Source: Raja brachyura
Lineage: Eukaryota
Direction of reading: 5' to 3'
NCBI GenBank assembly: GCA_963514005.1
Contig: OY740787.1
Coordinates: 59,706,001-59,770,000 of the forward strand
Length of the DNA: 64,000 nt
The position numbers were made by a program, and so were the translations under genes. Positions 13,382 to 25,300 of the stretch are shown one piece after another. A model generated the notes under the pieces. That model was not told the DNA's origin. It was given only the letters and a program-made list of their open reading frames with translations, and did no database searches. Position 1 is the stretch's first letter. Each line of letters starts with the position of its first letter.

Positions 13382-16300
13382 AGAGACACACACAATGCTG
13401 TAGTAACTTAGCGGGTCAGGCAGCATCTCTGAAGGACACAGGTGATGTTTGGGTTGGAATCCTCCTTTAGACTGATTGCTGCAACAATCTGCCCATCAAA
13501 AATCCCCCTCACCTGTGTTCACCTATTACCTGTCACGCTTTGTTCTCCCTCTTCTCTCTTCCAGCTTTCTTTCCCTCCTCTCAACCTCCCCCACCCTGCA
13601 ATCACATTGAAGAAGGATCAGGACCCAAAACATTCCCTATTCATGGGTATGTTGCAATACCTACCTTTAGCAGCGCTGCAGTTCTGCCGCTCCCCGTGTG
13701 TGCGACTTTGACGCCTTTCAGAGGGGGGCGAGTTTAAAATGCCGATTTTTTTTTTTCTAGGCAGTCTAAGTCGATCCATGTCGGGCGATTTCGTCGCTAA
13801 AGAGAAATCGCTCCGACATTTCATTCATAAAGGTATTTTTAAACTACGCTAGATTATTAACTAGAGTAGTTTAAAAATCATCTTCTAAAGCTCTGAATGG
13901 TGACAGCGGAACGGATCGAAGGTAGGCGATAAAAGAAGCTACACAGTTTATTTTTACATAAACTTGGTTTTTAGGAAGCTTTTAATCACATTTTCATGTT
14001 GCGAAAAGGGGACAAAAAAATGTATGAACCGGCTGTATTTTTCATACTGACTTCACCGCAAATCACAACGTTCTAATCCACCGCATTCCACTAAAACCCA
14101 CTCGCTAGTTGATTTAAATGGGCATTAATTTACAGGCATTAAACACTAAATTTCTTCCATTTGGCCTATAAATTCATGAAAATGAGTTTTAAAAATTATG
14201 TTATTGTGGATTCTTGTGTGAATGTTATTTGGACACTTAGGTAATTTTAAAAAAGTTTATCTTTTCTTAAGAAATGGATAGATGTTTAGATCTACTCATT
14301 GAATTTTGTAATTAGCTACAATTAGATAACTAACTAATTATATGCTTTAATTTCAGGTCATCCATGTAAGATTGTTTCATATTTGTTTCAGAATGCTTCA
14401 ATCTAGAATAACTGAAAATTTCATTGACTTCTCTTAATTTTTAAGAAAGTTATGGGCTTTCAACTGTTCTAGATCACAGCTTTTGAGTTAAGTCAATTGA
14501 AAGGCAATGGGGAACAAGATGCTAATTTCCGAGTATGAAAATGGTCATAACTTTCTTAATATTGAGGATATGAAATTGAATTGGGTGTCAAATTAAACTT
14601 CGTTATATGCTTTATCTGATGGGATAAATTGCAGACTTGATTTTTTAAATCTCAAAATTTTGTAACATTGCTACACAGATGCTGCCTGACCTGCCCAGTT
14701 ACTCCGACATTTTGTGTTTTTCTCCAATTTGGTGGTTGTTTATGGATATAAAGTGTGAAGCATATTCTCGTAGATAGTTTGAATGAGTCATTAGTTGACC
14801 TTGCCTCATATATCCCAATCATTTGCCACAACTATCTGCTTGTGGAACAAACATGATTTAAATAAACATATCTTTATGGGAGTTCCAAATTGACATTCAG
14901 TGGAATTGCAGGGATAAATTCATGGCTAATTAAACCATAACACATGATGCAGGCATAGAAACACATGGAAAAAATCTCAGCAAGTTCAATAGTTCAAAAT
15001 GGAGACTATTAAAAATCAAGTCTGCAATTTATCCCATCAGATAAAGCATAAAATGAAGTTTAATTTGACACCTAATTCACTTTCATATCTTCAGTATTAA
15101 GAAAGTTATGACGATTTTCATACTCGGAAATTAGCATCTTGTTCCCCATTGCCTTTCAATTGACTTAACTCAAAAGCTGTGATCTAGAACCGTTAAAAGC
15201 CCATAACTTTCTTAAAAATTAAGAGAAGTCAATGAATTTTTCAGTTATTCTAGATTGAAGCATTCTGAAACAAATATGAAACAATCTTACTTGGATGACC
15301 TGAAATTAAAGCATATAATTAGTTAGTTATCTAATTGTAGTTAATTACAAAATTCATTGAGTAGATTTAAACATCTGTTCATTTCTTAAGAAAAGATAAA
15401 CTTTTTTAAATTGCCTAAGTGTCCAAATAATATTCACACAATAATCCACAATATAACATAATTTTAAAATCTCATTTTCATGAATTTCTAGGCCAAATGG
15501 AAGGAATTTGGTGTTTAATGCCTGTAAATTAATAGCCATTTAAATCAACTAGCGAGTGGGTTTTAGTGGAATGCGGTGGATTAGAACGTTGCGATTTGCG
15601 GTGAAGTCAGTATGAAAAATACAGCCGGTTCATACATTTTATTTTGTCCCCTTTTCGCAACATGAAAATGTGATTAAAGCCTTCCTCAAAACCAAGTTTT
15701 TATGTAAAAATAAACTGTAGCTTCTTTTATCGCCTACCTTAGGTCTGTTCAGCTGTTGCCTTTCAGAGCTTGAGAAGATGATTTTTAAACTACTCTAGTT
15801 AATAAATAATCTAGCATAGTTTAAAAATACCTTCATGAATGAAATGTCGGAGCGATTTCTCTTTAGCAACGAAATCACCCGACATGGATCGGCTTGGACT
15901 GCCTAGAAAAATTGGCCTTTTAAACCCGCCCCCCTCTGAAAGGCGCCAAAGTCGTGCACACGGGGAGCGGCAGAACTGCAGCGCTGCTAAAGGTAGGTAT
16001 TGTAACATACCTAATCTGTGGAAGGAAATTGATAAGCTTCCTTGCTCCCAAGAAAGATGTATGGCAAGCAGGAGGCACAAGAAACTGCAGATACTGGAAT
16101 CTTGTGCTGCAAGTGGTTGGGTTAGGGAGAAAAATTAAAAAGACCAACCGACGTTTCATACTGAAAACCAGAAAACTGCAGAAGCTGGAAATCCGAAATA
16201 TCGGAACACTCAGCCGGTCTGGCGGCTTCTATCAGGGGAGCAGTTTGAAATTTCAGATCAGAGATTTTAAAGCGCGAATGAAAAAGTGGAAAAGCAATTT

Positions 16301-19300
16301 AGTTATATGTAGAAATGGTGAAAGGCAGGTCAAAGAATGATGGAAAGGCCCAACACATAAAGCAGTATCTGCGGAGATCTTTGTCTTCTATTCATCCCTC
16401 GTCCTTGCTGCAACGTAAAGCTAACATTTTATATTTTCTCAATTCTAATGTAGGCTCTTTGACCTGAGACCTTGACTCTTTCTTTGTCCAGAGATTCTGC
16501 CTGTCCGAAATGTTTCCAGATTTTGAGTTTATTTCAGACACAAAAATGGGGATATTGTAACTGAGTTAGGGGTTTACTGCTTGAAAGATGCACCATAGAA
16601 ATGAGGCCCTTTAGTCCACTACGATCATTGATCTTCCTTTCCCACAAGTTCTATGTTATCCCACTTTCTCATCCACTGCTTGCACACTAGGGGGAAATTT
16701 ACAGAGAGCCAATTAACCCACAAACCCACACATCTTTGGGATGTGGGAGAAAACAGGCACCTGGATGAAACCGACATGGTCATGGAGTGCAAATTCCACA
16801 CAGACAACACCTGTTAGAATCGAACCCTGGATCTGTTAGGCAACTGTGCCACTATGCTGCCCTTTTTGTAAATAAAAACAATGTTAGCTTATTCAATATT
16901 AACATATTAGAGCCTTGGTTCAAGCAGCAGCAAAATGTAAACTAGTACGATTTAAAATAAATTGTGATGTTACATCTGTGAATTTTGAAGGTTGACTTTT
17001 TTCTTTTTTAAGAACTGGAAAAAACATGGAAATTACTGCTACAAACTTGATCCAATGGAAGTAGATTTTGATTCCAAATGTCATCTTACGATACAAAACA
17101 GGTACATCATACTTTTTTGAAGAATTTTACATTTAATAATTCACTTTAAACATAATATTTGTATGTAAAAGTATGACGTAACCAGGGTATTAATTTGCTT
17201 CAGCCTATGAGTGGCCTCTTTTAACACATCGACATCTACTTGTATGCAATTTTCCAAGAACTTTATCATACAGCTTAAACCAAAATTGGGAATGCAGTAA
17301 TATGCTTTTGAGTGAGAAAATAGCTTACTTTATAAACACAAAGCACATTGTTATAAAAAGAGACAAAGTGCCTCAGTAACACTGCGTCTGGAGAAGTAGC
17401 ATAGGTGATGTTTCTGGTCAGATCCATCTGGAGAAGGACCCCAACCTGAAATGTCACTTATCCATGTTCTCCAGAGAAGCTGCCTGACATGTTGAGTGCC
17501 TCCAGCACTTGGTGTCTTTATTATGGATATTTTAAATTTATAAATAGGTACCACATCCCCAGTAACATAAATAATACTTTAAATATGTATTTCTCCACTG
17601 TCCTAAAGATGTCTCAGATTTCTTCCAGGATATGGATCTTGCTGTGGTCGATTAAGTAATTCACATAAAGTTTAATTTACCCTTGTTTTATGTGGCCTTC
17701 AATCTGGAATGAGAATTTATTCAAACTGAACAAAAACATCGCTTAACACTAAATGGTGAAATATAAAGTTAATTTGATTTAACCATGTATAAATTACATG
17801 CATGTAGCAGAATAGTCACCACTCTTATGTTTTGTGATTTGTCTCATGAAGTAAATAATATATATATTTCCTAAATATGCAGGTTCGAACAAGAATTCAT
17901 TAATAGTCTAATTGCAAAACACACCTCAAAATTTGGCCACTACATCTGGACAAGTTTGCAGGATAAAAATGGTACAGGAGAATACACATGGTCTGCACAA
18001 AATAAGGAGAGAGAACCTGTAACCTATACAAACTGGAATACATTTCAACCAAGTAGGTAACAGTGTATTTCTGTTTTAAACACTTATCACTCTTGTATTT
18101 GTTTTCAAAACAAAAAAAGGTACAGTATGTTTATACTGTGCCAGGTTTAAAACTGATCCATAGGGATCTGTTCTTCATTCCATTTCAGAGTGAGACTGTC
18201 TTAACTTGAGCATGGAAAGCTACACTTGGCTCAGTATTATTTGTGCAGGGTTGGAATAAACTATCTCGGATCACTTCCTATGATTGATTGATAGATATAG
18301 CATGGAAGCAAACCTCTTGGCCACAACGACCATCGATCACCCTTTCATGCCATTTCCATTTTTGGTTACATTCGGGGCAATTTTATAGAGGCCAATTAAT
18401 CTGTAACCCTGCATGTCTTTGGGATATGGCAGGAAACCCATGCAGCCATGAAGAACATGCAAACTCCATGTAGACAGCACTCGAGGTCAATATTGAACCC
18501 GGGTCTCGGGCCCTGTAAAGCAGCAGCTCTACCTGCTGAGCCACTTGTTAAGTAAATGCATGTATAACCTCAGAAGCAATTATCATAAAAGTTTAATTTA
18601 GTTGATTCATGAGAAAGAGGAAAAATGGGGGGGTGGGGGGGAGAAACTTGACATCTATGACTGAAAGATTAGAAGCAAATGAATCTAAAGAGCAGAAGAG
18701 GTTGACAGCACGGACACGCAATGATCAAGCAGGGCACATGCACTTTGAGCTTGGTCCAGGACAGAACAAACATACTCTTGCAAAGCAGTTAAAGCATGTG
18801 ATCACAATGGGGGGGAAAAAAGAACTACTAATCATCTCTTTCCAACATTGACTCCATCTACACATCATGTTGCCTCAGAAAAGCAACCAACATAATCAAA
18901 GACGTCCCACCACAGTCATTCCACCTTCTTCCTACTCCCATCCAAGAAAAGGTACAAAGGTTTGAAAGGAGGCAGCACCAGACTCGGGCACAACTTCTTC
19001 CCCACTGTTATCAGGCTTCAGAATGGTCCTTCCATAAGCTGGGGAACTGTCTAATTCACCTCTACCCTATTGCGGACATTGGACTTTGCATGTGGAACTG
19101 TTTCACTACAGACCTGAAAACTAAATTCTGCACTCTATCTTCCCTGTTGCTCAATCCATTGTACTCCAGCTTGAGTTAGGAACTGCAGATGCTTGTTAAA
19201 TCAAAGATAGACACAAAAAGCTGGAGTAACTCAGTGGGACAGGAGAGGAATGGGTGACGTTTCGGGTGGAGACCCTATAATAGCACCACCTTTGGTCGGA

Positions 19301-22300
19301 GGATTATAAATGATTGAATAAACCACAGTACACTGCAGTCGATTTCCGGTCACCAGTGAGTCAACACGTATTCTGTGTCTGAGCATAAGATGTCACAAAA
19401 TGGCGACGAGGATGGGATCGGGAATTCCCCAGCTTTAATGTTTTGTGTAGATAAGGAATTCTACAGAGGCACAGAGAAGGTTGTATAACATTTGGTGTCA
19501 CGGAAAGCTGAAAATCCGGTCACGAAGTTTGAATTCTGTGAGACTGTTAGAAATCCAAAATGGCAGTGCCCAGCGGGTACATTGGACGATTGGGTGAGTT
19601 ACAGCAAAGCCGGGAAACGTTCAGTGCGTACATCGAACATTCAGAGATGTTTTTTGCTGCAAATAACATTACTGAAGTAGAAGCTTCTGATGCGGAATCA
19701 AGACATTTGAATGAAGCAACGCAAGCGAGGAAAAGAGCAATTTTTGTCACTGAAATGGGTCCCGATGTTTATGATAAGGTAAAGAATTTGTTAGCTCCAG
19801 CCAAACCAGACACGCCTTTGAAGGATATTCTTAAGAAGTCAACAGAACATTATGACCCTAAGCCCTTAGAAATAACTGAAAGCTGTTGATTTGGAACGAG
19901 ATGCCTACTTCCAGAGGAGGACATTAGTCATTTTATTGTGGCTCTTAAGAGGTTATCAATTCATTGTAATTTTGGAAATTTCCAAGATCGTGCATTAAGA
20001 GACCGTTTTGTGTGTGGACTGAGAAGTGAGTGGATCCATAGTGTAAAGAGCTCAAACTCACACAGGTTGAAACACAAGCATCTTTATTGTTCAGGTCATT
20101 AGCTACACAGCAGGTCATCACACATTCACACTGCTACTCTTGACTGGTCGACAGTGGGCAGGATCTTACGCTATGAATGTTATAATTAGGCGGGGTTATA
20201 ATTACTAAGCATTCTAATTGGCTAACATACTATAGCCAATCTACATCTCTTCTATAACTGAAAAGTAGTTGAAGCGTTATCACTACGTTGAGTAAATAAA
20301 TTGTTAAATGCAAAATGTCACATCTAAGAATAATAATAATGTTAAACGTAGTCGCCGTATATAAAAGGCGGCTTACTAACCCGCCTGGCCCTCGTACGGT
20401 AGGGAGCTGCCTCATCAACTACTTCTTCCGAAAAGTGTAGGGCACGTTTGGGTGAGCCAATAGGGCTCTGGGGAGACACCGTAAGGGAAGACTGTCGCGG
20501 GGGTACCGGTGAACTGGTTACAAAGGGGGAAATGGGTCCATACCGACACGGGGAGTGGTTGAGGGGTAACAGCAGCAGACACTGGAACGGCCGGAACGGC
20601 GATCACTTTAAAGGTCAGTGGAGGGGCATCGGGTCCCTGGAGCGCCGGACGTTGTTCCTTCATTGGAAGGAGGTGTTGACGGTTACATCTGTAGATGGTG
20701 CTGCCGACATCAACAAGGTAGGAGCTTGGCTCCTTCGCGGGCCTATGGATGAACCCCAGTTTGGTATGTCCTTTGTCCGTCTGCAAACGAACCACTTGGC
20801 CTTGGATACGGTTTGCTGGTCTTGTCGTAGGCACGTTTCTGCGCGTCTCGATTGGATTGTACGTGCTTTTGAACTACAGTGGGGCAGAAAACTTTAGGCT
20901 TTAAGTGAGCCTGTGTCACGGGCAGGGGAGGTCGTGTTTGCCGGGACATCAGTCATTGGGCTGGAGAGCCAAAAGCACTGTCTCTGGCAATGTTCCTCAG
21001 GTTCACCAGGTCCAGGTAGACGTCTGATTTTGCCAGGAAGGAGTGTTCAATAAGTTGTTTAGCGCTGCGAACAGCGCATTCAGCAAGTCCGTTGGAGTGT
21101 GGGTACTCTGGGCTGCTGGTGATTTTTTTGAAGTTCCAGCGCTTAACAAAGTCTTTGAACTTTTGGCTGGTGAATTGTCCCGTTGTCAGTCTGAAGGTGG
21201 GCTGGAGGGCCATGTACGGAGAAGTGTTGTCTGAGTTTCTGGATAGCTATTTCAGAGGAGATGGTTGGTAGAAAGTCAATTTCGAACCAGCTTGAGTACG
21301 AGTCCACTAACACAAGATAGTGCCTGTCGAAGATGTCGGTAGCCACGGACAACCAAGGTAGGGAGGGGGCAGGTTGGGACAGCAGCGGTTGTTTTTGCTG
21401 GAGTGGCGCTGGCCTGTTACAGATCGCGCATGATTCTGTTCTGGTAGGTCCCTCTGTCAAACAGAGCTTATGAACGGCATGCCCGAAATAGACCAAACCC
21501 AGGTCATGGTACACAACGATGCCTGGCAGGCTTTCTGAACTTGGCTGAACGATGTAAAATAGCAAGTCCTTGGTCTGTTCATTGATGGTACATCTGAGAT
21601 TGGCTTTGCCCAGTGGGTGAAGAATTTCCCCTCCGTACGCATGTAAAGTGGAGGAGTCTTTTCTCATGAGCTCAGTGGTTCTTATCTTGTTGAACACTTT
21701 GAGTGACATAACGTTCATGCGAGCGCCGGTATCGACTTTGGTGATCAGTGGTTTGTTATTGATTGTCATGGTTACAGCAGGATCAGTCACTTTGCCTGGG
21801 ATGCGCAGTTTTAGAGTTATCAGCGTCGTTCCCGTGGGAAGATTCATCTGTGCGTGTGTTATCGGAGTCGTTCTCGTGGGAAGATTCGTCTTGTTCATGG
21901 GAATCTGAATCTGACAGGTCTTGTTGAATCACATGCAGCTTCGTCCTTGGAGCTGTACTCCCACCAGATCGACAACAATTTACAAAGTGGGTGAGTTTTT
22001 TGCAGTTATGACATAAGCTGATGACTGTGTACGACCTGACATTTAAAACGGCTTGTAAAACTTTGTCAATGGATATGGCAGTGGGGTTCTAGAGAAGTCA
22101 GGACAACCTCTTGACAATCTGCGGAATAGTTGAACAAGCTGCAGTCCAACAAACCAAAGACGGATAAGTCGACAAAGACGTCAGAGAATCGTTATCCATG
22201 GAAGGGTAGCAAGACTAGTAGAAAGTCACGCTGTCGCTGTTTGGGCTCACATCTAGCATAGTCTTGTCCGTTCTTCAAGGCGGAGTGTTACTCGTGTCAC

Positions 22301-25300
22301 AAGATGGGATAACTAGCGAAGGCTTGTCGCAAGGCTAAGCAGAGCAAAGGTTCAACAAGTAAGCTGCATTCTGTGGATTAACTGCAGGCATAGGAAGAGC
22401 CTCTCGACGTGTACACCATCTGCACCAATGAGCTAGCGAACCATAGGAAGACGAAGAATATGTTCGTACAAGTCCAATTGAATGGAGCTCATGTTAACAT
22501 GGAAGTCGACACAGGAGCATCTGTGAGCGTAATTCCAGAATTTCAGTATCGGGAGAAGCAGAGTCAAATTCCTTTGGGAGCAAAGCGAATCAAGCTACGT
22601 GGTTTCTCTGGAGAGAAGATTCCAGTGTTAGGAAGTGTACAGGTACCAGTTAGGTATAAGGAGCAACAGGCGGAGTTGCCTCTCATAGTTGTAAAGGGAG
22701 ATAAGCTTGCTTTGCTCGGCAGGAATTGGTTGTAGATCTTGAAGCTAAACTGGAACGAGATATTCCTCGTTCGCGAAGAATTCAAGTGTCCGGGGCATAT
22801 CGAGCAACATCCGAAGGTGTTCGGCAACCAGGCAGAGCCAATCAAGGGGTACAAGGCAAAAGTACATGTGAAGCAGGAAGCGACACCAGTGCATTGTAAA
22901 CCACGGGCTGTGCCGTATGCACTTAAGGACGAGGTCAAGAAAGAACTGAAAAGACATGAAGCTGAGAACATTATCAGTAATAAGGTAGTGAATGGGCAAC
23001 ACCCATTGTAGTTGTACCTAAACCTGATGGTAGTGTTAGACTTTGTGGGGATTTGTAAGGTAACCGTAAACCAGGTACTTGAAGGTAGCATACAGATACC
23101 CCACCAACGGCAGAGGATTTGTTTAGCTCCCTCACAGGCAGTCAAGTCTTCACAAAAATGGACTTGACAAATGCCTACTTGCAGTTAGGTGCAGATGACA
23201 AATATAAATCCCAGCTGTCTATCAACACGCATTTGGAATTGTTTCAGTTCAATGGGCTCCCATTTGGTATGTCATCAGCCGCAGGGATTTTTCAAGGGTG
23301 GTTGACACAAATTGTAGAGGGAATTGAAGGTGTGGTGTGTTACTTGGATGACATCCTCAATGATGAAAAGTTGGAAGTGGTACTCAAATGCTTTGAAACA
23401 CACGGTGTAAGAGTGATGGCACAGAAGTGTGAGTTCTTTCAGAACTTGGTAGATTACTTGGGTCATAAGATAGTCAAGGATGGTCTACACCACACCAAGA
23501 GTAAAGTTGATGCGATCAAGAACGCGCCCACTCCCAGAAACATCTCTGAGATCCGATCCTTTTTAGGATTAGTGCATTATTATGGGAAGTTTATGCCAAA
23601 TCTGTCCACTGTTTACATCCCTTGAATGAGCTCTTGAGAAAAGATGTACCATGGAAGTGGACACATGAATGTGACCAAGCTTTCGAGGCATGTAAAGCTC
23701 AGTAGGCAGAGAGTACAATGCTTGTTCATTACGATGCCAATAAGCCAATGAAGTTAGTATGTGATGCTTCACCATACAGTGTTGGTTCTGTGATCTCTCA
23801 TGTGCTAGAAAATGGAGAGGCGAGGCCAATGGCATTTGCGTCTAGAACACTCAATGCCAGTGAGATAAATTATGCGCAAATCGAGCGAGAGGCACTTGCA
23901 TTGATTTTTGGTGTTAGGAGGTTTCACAAATACTTGTGTGGTAAAAGGTTTGTAATCGAGACAGATCACCAGCCGTTGACAGTGATCCTAAATCCAAAAG
24001 CACACATACCAACTCTGGCAGCAGCCAGAATGCAAAGATGGCATTGATATTGTCTGCATATCAATATAATATTCAGTATCGTAATGCAGCAGAGCACAGC
24101 AATGCTGACGCCATGTCTAGATTACTTTTGGAATCAGAGGTTACCCCAAACAGAGGGGACGTGTTTTATTTCTCTCGTGTAGATGAGTTGCCTATCACTT
24201 CAGGGGACATTCGGAAGGCTACTCGCACTGACAGACGTTTGTCAAGAGTGCAGGAGTATGTTACAAATGCATGGCCAAACAAATTGCCGGATTCAGAGGC
24301 AGAACTGAGACCATTCTTTGAACATAGGATTGAACTCTCAGTAGACCAAGGGTGTGTCATGTGGGGAGCGAGCGTTGTAATCCCTGAAAGATATGGAGTA
24401 AAATTGCTAGGAGATCTTCATGGTCAGCATTTGGGAATGTCTAACAAAGAGTCCAGCTAGAAGCTATCTATGGTGGCCTGGTTTAGATAAGGACATGGAA
24501 CAAATGGTGAAAGAGTGCAGCACATGTCAAGCAGTTGGAAATAATCCACCAACATTACCGCTACAGCCATGGAAATGGCTGGCTAGAGTGTGGCAAAGAT
24601 TACACATTGACTGCAGAGTTAGATGGACAACAATTGGTCATTGTGATTGATAGTTAGTCCGTGGGTTGAGGTGTTTCTGATGAACAAATCAACATCCAGC
24701 AAAACAATAGACATTTTGCTAGGATTGTTTGCATCCTATGGATTTCCAGAGGAAATTGTGTCTGATAACGGACCTCAATTCTGTTCACAAGAGTTTGCAT
24801 AATTCATGAAAGGGAATGGTGTAAAACACACTAGAGTCGCTCCATACCATCCCGCTTCAAATGGAGCAGCAGAACACAGAGTGCAAATTGTGAAGCGTAC
24901 ATTAGTCAAACAACTGCTGGATCCAAAGCCAAAGAAAAGACAGCTGTCTCTGTCTCACAAACTGGCTATCTTTCTGATTATGTATCTAAACACACCTCGC
25001 ACCACTACTGGTTAAACGCCAGCTGAAGTGTACCTGAAGAGAAAACTAAGAACAAGGTTTTCACTGTTGAAACCAAACTTGGCTCAAACAGTAGAAGAGA
25101 AACGGGAGAAACAAAAAGCATATCATGACAGAAGTCAAGGAAAGGAGTGTTGAGTTTAATCCGAAGGTAAAGGTGAAAAACTAATCACAAGTGGGTAAAG
25201 TGGTTACCTGGAAGAGTGGTGAGAAAGTGTAGACCACTGACATACTTGGTCAAGATGTTTAGAAATGGGAAGGTGAGAAAAGTACACAATGACCATTTCA

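Noticed and set aside
18053-18062. Donor AG|gtaaca at 18057
   Set aside because: It gives phase 2, which is incompatible with the phase-1 exon at 27330.
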